A stretch of DNA of 40,784 nucleotides from an uncultured Candidatus Saccharibacteria bacterium (GTDB lineage Bacteria; Patescibacteriota; Doudnabacteria; UBA920; 2-02-FULL-46-11): the NCBI GenBank assembly GCA_964609765.1, contig CAZSSD010000001.1, positions 1 to 40,784 on the forward strand. Reading direction: 5' to 3'. This document shows positions 34,602-40,784 of the stretch, piece after piece; within the stretch, counting starts at the first letter, position 1; the number at the start of each line of letters is the position of its first letter. Position numbers and translations under genes: made by a program. A model generated the notes under the pieces. That model did no database searches and was not told the DNA's origin. It saw only the letters and a list, made by a program, of their open reading frames with translations.

Positions 34602-35609
34602 ATGTTAATTAAGAAAATCGGTATTGACTTAGGCACGGCCAATACCCTGGTTTTTGTGCCGAAAAGGGGCATTGTTATCAACGAGCCCACGGTGGTGGCG
34701 ATCGGCCTTAACGATAATCGCATATTGGCGGTCGGTCAGGAGGCCAAGGAAATGTTGGGCCGTACGCCCGAGAATATTGCAGTGCATAAACCGATGCGAG
34801 ACGGTGTCATTGCGGATTATCGAGTGACTGAAGCCATGCTCCGCTATTTTATTAACAAGGCTATTGGCAATGTCAGGCTTTTTCGTCCGGAAGTGATGAT
34901 CGCCGTACCGGGCGGCATTACTTCAACCGAACGTCGCGCGGTAATCGACGCGGCGGTTTCGGCCGGCGCTAAGTCCGCCTATGTTATTAAAGAGACGGTC
35001 GCGGCGGCGATTGGTGCCGGTATTCCCATCGGCGCGCCAAGCGGACATATGGTTATCGATATTGGCGGCGGTACTACGGACGTGGCGGTTTTGTCTTTAG
35101 GCGGAATTGTTAGCAGTACTTCTGTGAGAGTGGCTGGTAATCGCATTGATGCGGCCATTGCCGATTATATTCGGCGTACTCACGGTTTGACCATCGGCGA
35201 ACGCGCGGCCGAAGAGGTAAAAATAAATATTGGCTCGGCTTTGCCGGTGGAAAATGAAAAATCCACTGACGTGCGGGGAAGAGATTTAATGACCGGTTTA
35301 CCCGCGACTATCACCGTGACCACCAATGAGGTAGCGATGGCCATTCAGGAGGAGCTGCGCGAAATAATCAAGGCCGTCAAGGTGGTTTTGCAAGATACGC
35401 CGCCAGATTTGGCCTCCGATGTTTTTGACAAGGGTATGATTTTAACTGGGGGCTCGTCGCAACTTTCCAATTTACCCCAGCTCATTGCGCAGGCCATCGG
35501 TGTGCCGTGCTATGTGGCGGACGAATCTATCCTTTGCGTGGCTAAAGGCACCGGCATTGCTTTGGAGCATTTAGAAAGCTATAAACGCAGCCTACTTTCA
35601 ACAAAATAA
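34602..35609 (+). CDS. mreB: Rod-shape/actin-like protein MreB
   Basis: MLIKKIGIDLGTANTLV starts at the ATG at 34602 (the ORF-track TTG at 34563 is unlikely). Also DIGGGTTDVAV and LTGGSSQL. Confidence 0.95.
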   Translation: MLIKKIGIDLGTANTLVFVPKRGIVINEPTVVAIGLNDNRILAVGQEAKEMLGRTPENIAVHKPMRDGVIADYRVTEAMLRYFINKAIGNVRLFRPEVMIAVPGGITSTERRAVIDAAVSAGAKSAYVIKETVAAAIGAGIPIGAPSGHMVIDIGGGTTDVAVLSLGGIVSSTSVRVAGNRIDAAIADYIRRTHGLTIGERAAEEVKINIGSALPVENEKSTDVRGRDLMTGLPATITVTTNEVAMAIQEELREIIKAVKVVLQDTPPDLASDVFDKGMILTGGSSQLSNLPQLIAQAIGVPCYVADESILCVAKGTGIALEHLESYKRSLLSTK

Positions 35610-36710
35610 ATGTTAATTGCCATTGATGCCGAGCCGGCTAACAGGAATATCCGTACGGGCGTGGAGGCGGCGGTTTTTAATTTAATTAAAGAGATAATAA
35701 AATTAGACGCTGACCACCCGGTCCGCCGCTATGTTTTGTTTACTAAGGATAAGTTGCGCTCGGATTGGCCACCGCTACCGGCCAATTTTAAGCATCAGCA
35801 ACTTTCTTGGCCAAGCCAATATTTTTGGGCGCATTTGCGTTTGGGCTTGGCTCTCCGGAACTTAAAACCTGATCTCACTTTTATTCCGGGCAATGTTATC
35901 CCTTTTTTTGTTTCTAGCCCGGTGGTTACGGTTATTCATGATATTGTTTTTGTTGAACACCCGGGACTCCATACTGGGCGCACATTGGCGGCCCATGATT
36001 TCGCTTTAAGGCGCGCCCTTCAAAAAGCGGCTCTAATTATTACCCCCACCCAAGCGACTAAAAATGTTATTTATAGATATTTCCCGCAAGTTGCTAAGCC
36101 GTTACAAGTGATACCGTGGGGTGTTGACCGGGAAATTTTTCGAACAGAAATATCAAATCGGGATCAGGAAATTTTATATAAATTCGGTCTGCATGCCCAT
36201 AAATATTTTTTATATATCGGGCGTTTGGAAGCCAAAAAAAACATACCGACGCTGATCGAGGTTTTCCGTGAGTTTAAAAAGTCGGCCCCGGACATAAAGC
36301 TCGTCTTGGTTGGTACGGCACCGGAACCCATTGATTTAACGGGCGCGACCCAGCTTGGCTATCAGCCGAGCTGGGTTACCAGTGTTCTTTACCGCCACGC
36401 CCTTGCTTTTCTTTTCCCTTCAAATTATGAAGGTTTTGGTTTACCGGTTTTAGAGGCCCAGAGCGCCGGCTGCCCGGTGATCTGTTCAGATTTAGCGGTA
36501 CTACGCGAGGTGGGGGGGCAGGGCGCTTTATATATTGACCCCCAAAACAAGCTGGCGTTAAAAGAGGCCATGGCTCGGGTCTTGGCCTCATCGCCACTGC
36601 GCGATTCTTTGCGCCAGGATGGTTTTGCGAATGCGCGAAATTACACTTGGCAAAAAACGGCGGCCGAGGTTATTAAAGTGTTTGCGGCGGCGGCCAGTAA
36701 GATGGTATAA
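35610..36710 (+). CDS. GT4-type (Glycos_transf_1) glycosyltransferase
   Basis: C-terminal EGFGLPVLEAQSAGCPVI motif and an N-terminal GT-B fold pattern. Confidence 0.85.
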   Translation: MLIAIDAEPANRNIRTGVEAAVFNLIKEIIKLDADHPVRRYVLFTKDKLRSDWPPLPANFKHQQLSWPSQYFWAHLRLGLALRNLKPDLTFIPGNVIPFFVSSPVVTVIHDIVFVEHPGLHTGRTLAAHDFALRRALQKAALIITPTQATKNVIYRYFPQVAKPLQVIPWGVDREIFRTEISNRDQEILYKFGLHAHKYFLYIGRLEAKKNIPTLIEVFREFKKSAPDIKLVLVGTAPEPIDLTGATQLGYQPSWVTSVLYRHALAFLFPSNYEGFGLPVLEAQSAGCPVICSDLAVLREVGGQGALYIDPQNKLALKEAMARVLASSPLRDSLRQDGFANARNYTWQKTAAEVIKVFAAAASKMV

Positions 36711-36722
36711 TATTTTCATAGA

Positions 36723-37391
36723 ATGTCGGATATTGAAAAACAACTGACGGAACTCTTTCGGTCTGGAAAATTGCCTCATGCCATTTTAATAATTGGCGAT
36801 AACCCCCGCACTCTTAAGGTTGCTGACAATCTTGCCAAACTTGTTTTGAGTACTGAAAATTTGGAAGCGCACCCCGACTTTATTTTTATTGACAGCCATC
36901 AAGTAGAAGACATCCGGCGGCTCCTCGATATTTTGTCTTTGAGTGCTTTTGGCTCAAGAGTAGTGGTCTTGGCCCGCGGCGAAGAATTAACCGCCCAAGC
37001 GGTTAATAACTTGCTTAAAAAAATTGAGGAGCCTTCCATCGATACTCGATTTATTGTCCTCACCAGTCACGCCGAAAAATTACTGCCCACTTTGCGCAGC
37101 CGTCTCATGGCTTTTAGGCTCGAGATCGACGCAATTAATAACGCGGCAGAGGACATGAGTAAAGATTTTTTAGCGGCCAAGGGCCTTTCGGAACGCGTTC
37201 AGGCTGTTTTAAATATTGATCCCCATCAGGCCGATTTGCATAATTTTTTGCGAAATCTCTACGGATATGAAATTAAGCATTTGGGCGGCGATTCCGCCGC
37301 ACGTCTTAAAGCCATCCTCAAGACTTTTGAATTTTTAGACGCCAATGTCCAAGCTAATCGGGCCTTAACCTTTCTGGCCCTCAAATGGTAA
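36723..37391 (+). CDS. holB: DNA polymerase III delta' subunit, short form
   Basis: GKLPHAILIIG, a clamp-loader-like NNLLKKIEEP and the sensor LPTLRSR. At 222 aa it is shorter than typical HolB. Confidence 0.7.
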   Translation: MSDIEKQLTELFRSGKLPHAILIIGDNPRTLKVADNLAKLVLSTENLEAHPDFIFIDSHQVEDIRRLLDILSLSAFGSRVVVLARGEELTAQAVNNLLKKIEEPSIDTRFIVLTSHAEKLLPTLRSRLMAFRLEIDAINNAAEDMSKDFLAAKGLSERVQAVLNIDPHQADLHNFLRNLYGYEIKHLGGDSAARLKAILKTFEFLDANVQANRALTFLALKW

Positions 37392-37397
37392 TTTGAA

Positions 37398-38447
37398 ATG
37401 CGAATAAAACATCTAGTGATTGTGACCATACTTGCCATTAGTGTTACGGGCCAGGCCTGTATTTTTAGCAGCGGCCGTTCAGGGCCGGCCGGTGTTTGGA
37501 AAACCGATAACGGCGGGGATGAATGGAATAGGATTAATTTGGTTTCCCTTAGCGCGAGTCGCAAGCCGGCGCCCTTGCTTGATTCTGTTAATGTCCGGTC
37601 AATCGCCCTGGCGCCTGATCGCACTGATATTCTTTACGCCTCAACGCCCAGCGGCGTATTTGCGTCGGATAGCGGCGGGCAGATTTGGCATCACGTTCTT
37701 AAGGAGGTTGATGTTCACGAAGCAGTGGCGGCCGAGAGCGATTCCGAGGTAATTTATGCTGCCGGTACGTTCGAAAACAGAGGCGTTGTCTATAAATCTT
37801 CAAACCGCGGCCGGGATTGGGAAAGAGTGTATATTTCGCCCGATGATGATCTTGCCCAAAGCATTGCCGTGCATCCGCGCGATTTTAACCGTATTTTAGT
37901 AGGTTTTGGTTCCGGTGTTTTGGTCGGTTCCACTAACGGTGGCCAAAGCTGGAGCTTGGTGAGTACTTTTGGCAGTCGTGTCGTGCAAATACGTTTTCAT
38001 CCCACCGATAATAGCCGCATTATTCTGCTGACCCGGGAAGACGGCCTGTTCTTTTCTAACGACGGCGGCACGAACTTTCGCAATAGCGGCGGCCGGCTCG
38101 GTGAAGACTTCCGGGATCCCAATAGTTTTTCAAGCTTTGATTTTTCACGGGAACGCCCGGATATTATCTTTTTAACTACCAACGTTGGTTTGTTTCGGTC
38201 AACCAATGGCGGCGCCACTTGGCGCAGCGTACGTTTACCGGTAGATCCCAGAAATGCCTCTACGCTTGGCATCGAGGTGGCCCAAGCCGGCAATCTGTTG
38301 TATGTTAGTATAGACACCGTAATTTATAAGTCGTTAGATTCCGGTATTACTTTCAATATCTCAAAACTCGGTACCAACCGATTGATCAAAGTGCTCGAGG
38401 CGATACCCTCGAATCCCGAGATAGTGTATGCCGGACTTATTAAATAA
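37398..38447 (+). CDS. Secreted or anchored Asp-box (BNR) beta-propeller protein
   Basis: An N-terminal hydrophobic signal. About seven SxDxGxxW/F-like boxes (TDNGGDEW, SDSGGQIW, SSNRGRDW, STNGGQSW, SNDGGTNF, STNGGATW, SLDSGITF). Confidence 0.7.
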   Translation: MRIKHLVIVTILAISVTGQACIFSSGRSGPAGVWKTDNGGDEWNRINLVSLSASRKPAPLLDSVNVRSIALAPDRTDILYASTPSGVFASDSGGQIWHHVLKEVDVHEAVAAESDSEVIYAAGTFENRGVVYKSSNRGRDWERVYISPDDDLAQSIAVHPRDFNRILVGFGSGVLVGSTNGGQSWSLVSTFGSRVVQIRFHPTDNSRIILLTREDGLFFSNDGGTNFRNSGGRLGEDFRDPNSFSSFDFSRERPDIIFLTTNVGLFRSTNGGATWRSVRLPVDPRNASTLGIEVAQAGNLLYVSIDTVIYKSLDSGITFNISKLGTNRLIKVLEAIPSNPEIVYAGLIK

Positions 38448-38452
38448 TTTAT

Positions 38453-39013
38453 ATGACTGTACAAGAAGTGATTAATGGCAAGCTTGAGGAGTTTAATAAG
38501 ACAATAGACCATCTCAAGGCCGAATTGAGCGGTTTGCGTACTGGCCGCGCCTCCACGGCGTTGGTGGAAATGATACCGGTCGAGGCCTACGGTGCCACTC
38601 AGCCGATAAGAGATTTGGCCCAAATTAACGTCCCGGAACCGCGCCAGATCTACATTCAACCCTGGGATAAATCCGTTTTAAGCAGTATGGAAAAAGCTGT
38701 CCAAACTTCATCTTTGGGCGTAAATCCCGTCAATGATGGCAATGGTCTGCGCATAGTATTGCCGCCGCTTACCGAAGAGCGGCGTAAAGAGTTAACGAAG
38801 GTCGTTGGCCAGCATGCCGAGGCCGCCCGCGTGGCTGTGCGCAATGTGCGCGAGTCCGCCATGAAAGAATTTAAGAGGCTTAAAGACGAAGATGAAATTT
38901 CCGAAGATGAGTGTTTCCGCGGCGAAGAGCAATTGCAGAAAAAGGTAGATGAAAAAAATATGCAAATCAGAGAAATCGCTGAAGCTAAGGAAAAAGAAAT
39001 TCTGACTGTTTAA
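38453..39013 (+). CDS. frr: Ribosome recycling factor
   Basis: LSGLRTGRAS...NDGNGLRIVLPPLTEERRKEL...RNVRESAMKE motifs. Confidence 0.95.
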   Translation: MTVQEVINGKLEEFNKTIDHLKAELSGLRTGRASTALVEMIPVEAYGATQPIRDLAQINVPEPRQIYIQPWDKSVLSSMEKAVQTSSLGVNPVNDGNGLRIVLPPLTEERRKELTKVVGQHAEAARVAVRNVRESAMKEFKRLKDEDEISEDECFRGEEQLQKKVDEKNMQIREIAEAKEKEILTV

Positions 39014-39015
39014 GC

Positions 39016-39795
39016 ATGACCAGAGTCTTGGTTTTTGGTGTTTTTGATCTATTGCATCAAGGGCACGTAAATTTTTTAAGGCAAGCCAAAAAACTTGGCG
39101 ATTTTTTAATTGTCTCGGTTGCCCGCGACGAGAACGTTAAAAGGTCGAAAGGACATTGGCCAGTATTAGATGAACAAGAAAGATTGCATAATGTAAGAAA
39201 TATTACTTTTGTAGACGAAGTTTTACTGGGCGGCACTGATTATAAAAATGCGATAATGAGCATTAAAAAGATTAAGCCCGATATTGTTGCCTTAGGCTAT
39301 GACCAAAAGCCCTATCTTACCAAAACCGATAAAGGCTTAGAAAAATTATTGGGGGTAAAAGTTGTTCGTTTGCGTCCGCATCGGGCAAAAAGCCAAAAAA
39401 CTGATTATTTACGCTTTATTGGCGGTCGGGTAGAGCAAAACTTGGGCCGCGGCACGCGGTTGGGTTTTCCAACTGTTAATATTGCGGCGCCAAAAAATAT
39501 ACCGGAAGGAATATATATTGCCGGTGTTTCTGCGCCGCGCTTGCTTAAAAATCATCCGGCTTTGGCTTTTATTGGCGCGGCCGTGACTTTTGGGGAGAGC
39601 AAAAAACGTTTAGAGGCTTATCTATTGGATTGGACCGGTGATTTATCGGGAAGAAAGGTTTGTGTAGAATTGGTTCGTAAAATTCGCGATAATAAGAAAT
39701 TCAGATCAGCTAAAGATTTAGTTAAGCAGATGAAAAAAGACGAGCAAGCCGCCCGTAAATTTTTTATGCACTCACCAATTCGCGCGAATTGGTGA
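39016..39795 (+). CDS. ribF: Compact bifunctional FMN adenylyltransferase / riboflavin kinase (RibF-like)
   Basis: The N-terminal nucleotidyltransferase motif is FGVFDLLHQGHVNFL. The C-terminal flavokinase domain carries GRGTRLGFPTVNI...LEAYLLDWTGDLSGRKV...RDNKKFRSAKDLVKQMKKD. The last 8 codons and the stop lie in palindrome copy 1. Confidence 0.8.
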   Translation: MTRVLVFGVFDLLHQGHVNFLRQAKKLGDFLIVSVARDENVKRSKGHWPVLDEQERLHNVRNITFVDEVLLGGTDYKNAIMSIKKIKPDIVALGYDQKPYLTKTDKGLEKLLGVKVVRLRPHRAKSQKTDYLRFIGGRVEQNLGRGTRLGFPTVNIAAPKNIPEGIYIAGVSAPRLLKNHPALAFIGAAVTFGESKKRLEAYLLDWTGDLSGRKVCVELVRKIRDNKKFRSAKDLVKQMKKDEQAARKFFMHSPIRANW

Positions 39796-39796
39796 G
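39771..39796. repeat. Perfect 26-nt palindrome, copy 1
   Basis: ctcaccaattcgc|gcgaattggtgag. The 31 nt at 39769-39799 are identical to 40345-40375. Confidence 0.95.
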
Positions 39797-39802
39797 TAGC
39801 GC

Positions 39803-39808
39803 TATAAT
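39803..39808 (+). promoter_or_regulatory. -10 box (TATAAT) 6 nt upstream of the ArsR-family gene start
   Basis: A consensus hexamer. The -35 position falls inside palindrome copy 1. The geometry implies a leaderless or near-leaderless mRNA. Confidence 0.35.
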
Positions 39809-39814
39809 GCAAGT

Positions 39815-40081
39815 ATGAAGCGTTGGACACATATATTTAAGACTTTAGCTAATATCAACAGATTAAAGATAATCAAACTATTGTCATTGGGCAAAGCCAA
39901 GAATGTCACAGATATAGCTTTTGAATTAAAAATTTCTTTGAACGCTACCTCAAAACATCTGATCATGTTAGAAAAGATGGAGGTTTTAGAAAGTGATGGA
40001 CATGCCGGCCATGTATTTTATAAAATTAATCCCGCTGTACCGGCTGATTTTCAAAAAGTTATACACCTTATGTTAAAATAA
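39815..40081 (+). CDS. ArsR/SmtB-family winged-helix transcriptional regulator
   Basis: The product is 88 aa. FKTLANINRLKIIKLL...VTDIAFELKISLNATSKHLIMLEKMEVL is the typical ArsR HTH. Confidence 0.85.
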   Translation: MKRWTHIFKTLANINRLKIIKLLSLGKAKNVTDIAFELKISLNATSKHLIMLEKMEVLESDGHAGHVFYKINPAVPADFQKVIHLMLK

Positions 40082-40113
40082 CCACTAACCAATTCGCGCG
40101 AATTGGTTAGTGG
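40082..40113. repeat. Perfect 32-nt palindrome, copy 2
   Basis: ccactaaccaattcgc|gcgaattggttagtgg begins immediately after the ArsR stop. It shares the 20-nt core accaattcgcgcgaattggt with copies 1 and 3. The arm differences are compensatory. Confidence 0.95.
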
Positions 40114-40115
40114 GA

Positions 40116-40144
40116 TTGCGGGATTTTAATTTGAGATATATAAT
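40116..40144 (+). promoter_or_regulatory. Candidate promoter of the riboswitch-controlled transcript
   Basis: TTGCGG (40116-40121), a 17-nt spacer, then TATAAT (40139-40144). It lies 16 nt upstream of riboswitch stem P1. Confidence 0.45.
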
Positions 40145-40160
40145 ATATAAAATTGAATAT

Positions 40161-40334
40161 TTCCTTCAGGGCGGGGTGAGCCGAAAGGCAAGTCCCCACC
40201 GGCGGTGACAATCCGCGAGCGAGCCAAAAGGCGAGCAGGATCTGGTGGAATTCCAGAATCGACGGTATAGTCCGGATGAAAGAAGGAAACGCTTATGAGC
40301 GTTTTTCGCCCTGCTTAAAATTAAGCAGGTTTTT
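40161..40334 (+). promoter_or_regulatory. FMN riboswitch (RFN element) with terminator-type expression platform
   Basis: P1 is ttccttc/gaaggaa (40161-40167/40282-40288). The conserved cores are agggcggggtga...tccccaccggcggt, atccgcgagc and gatctggtggaattccagaatcgacggtatagtccggatg. Two hairpin plus T-run units follow (40287-40306 and 40310-40334). Confidence 0.9.
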
Positions 40335-40346
40335 ATTAAGGTTACA

Positions 40347-40372
40347 CTCACCAATTCGCGCGAATTGGTGAG
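40347..40372. repeat. Perfect 26-nt palindrome, copy 3
   Basis: It is identical to copy 1. It lies between the riboswitch terminators and the transporter ATG. Confidence 0.95.
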
Positions 40373-40386
40373 TAGTAGAAAAAGAT

Positions 40387-40784
40387 ATGAACAAATATAA
40401 GTTAGGTGTTTGGTTAATTGTTTTAGCGGCTCTTTTGTGGGCAGTGGACGCTCCGTTTAGAAAATTTTTAACTACCGATCTTTCCTCAACCACCATAGTT
40501 TTTATGGAGCACATTCTGATCGGTGTTCTGGTTTTACCGCTACTGTGGCCACGGCTGAAGGAATTAAGGGATCTTTCTTGGCGGGAATGGCTTGCGGTTG
40601 TATTTATTGCTTTAGGTGGTTCGGCCCTGGCCACAATTTTCTTTACGCAAAGTTTCCATTATGTAAACCCGACTGTTTCGATATTGCTGCAAAAGCTGCA
40701 GCCGTTTGTTGCCATAGGTCTGGCCGCAGTTGTCCTAAAAGAAAATCTAACCAAGAAATTTTGGCTCTGGGCGGCAGTAGCGAT
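40387..40784 (+). CDS. EamA/DMT-superfamily transporter, N-terminal part (runs off the window); candidate riboflavin importer
   Basis: The frame is open from the ATG at 40387 to the window end. MNKYKLGVWLIVLAALLWAVDAPFRK... shows several TM helices with an EamA-like pattern, directly downstream of the FMN riboswitch. Confidence 0.75.
   Translation, partial: MNKYKLGVWLIVLAALLWAVDAPFRKFLTTDLSSTTIVFMEHILIGVLVLPLLWPRLKELRDLSWREWLAVVFIALGGSALATIFFTQSFHYVNPTVSILLQKLQPFVAIGLAAVVLKENLTKKFWLWAAVA

Noticed and set aside
40166-40634. Minus-strand ORFs 40166..40354 and 40293..40634.
   Set aside because: The first overlies the FMN riboswitch. The second lies antisense to the DMT transporter and runs through palindrome copy 3.
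1-40784. Alternative genetic code with UGA recoded, as in some CPR lineages.
   Set aside because: Genes end cleanly at TGA (rpiB at 18569-18571, the ribF-like gene at 39793-39795) as well as at TAA and TAG. No conserved protein is interrupted by in-frame TGA. The standard bacterial code fits.

Overview
This window is a co-directional housekeeping stretch with 52 CDS, 51 of them on the + strand. It comes from a small-genome bacterium, most consistent with a Patescibacteria/CPR-like lineage (inference from L30 absence, split transketolase and compact genes). No rRNA, tRNA, transposase or CRISPR array was seen. Gene content, in order: the 3' end of tuf; the complete S10-spc ribosomal superoperon (rpsJ to rplO, no rpmD) with secY, adk and map; an HtrA-like protease and ruvX; a ~15 kb central-carbon block (galT-like, tpiA, rpiB, rpe, split transketolase, NDP-sugar transferase, PfkB kinase, fba, gap, pgk, eno, gpmI); recJ, rnhA, mreB, a glycosyltransferase, holB and frr; and a riboflavin-salvage unit (compact ribF, ArsR regulator, FMN riboswitch, DMT transporter). 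Four things are not ordinary. (1) An 841-nt spacer splits the normally tight secY|adk junction. It carries a self-contained cassette: a consensus promoter, a terminator-like leader hairpin, a strong SD, a 95-codon ORF of clearly foreign composition (62% GC) and a GC-rich hairpin. I cannot assign a function, and it is my best candidate for something new. An assembly chimera or an engineered insert must be excluded. (2) A family of long AT-rich imperfect hairpin elements is inserted between ribosomal protein genes. Two copies carry a nested, 100% identical GC-rich structured module that ends exactly at the start codons of rplB and rplP. (3) Three copies of a perfect 26-32 nt palindrome bracket the ArsR gene and the FMN riboswitch. 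(4) There are several smaller regulatory oddities: an rpsJ-rplC leader with alternative pairings, a 7-bp tandem repeat over the galT start, and a recurring CACGTAAC junction motif. All functional statements rest on motif recognition by eye. No database search was run.
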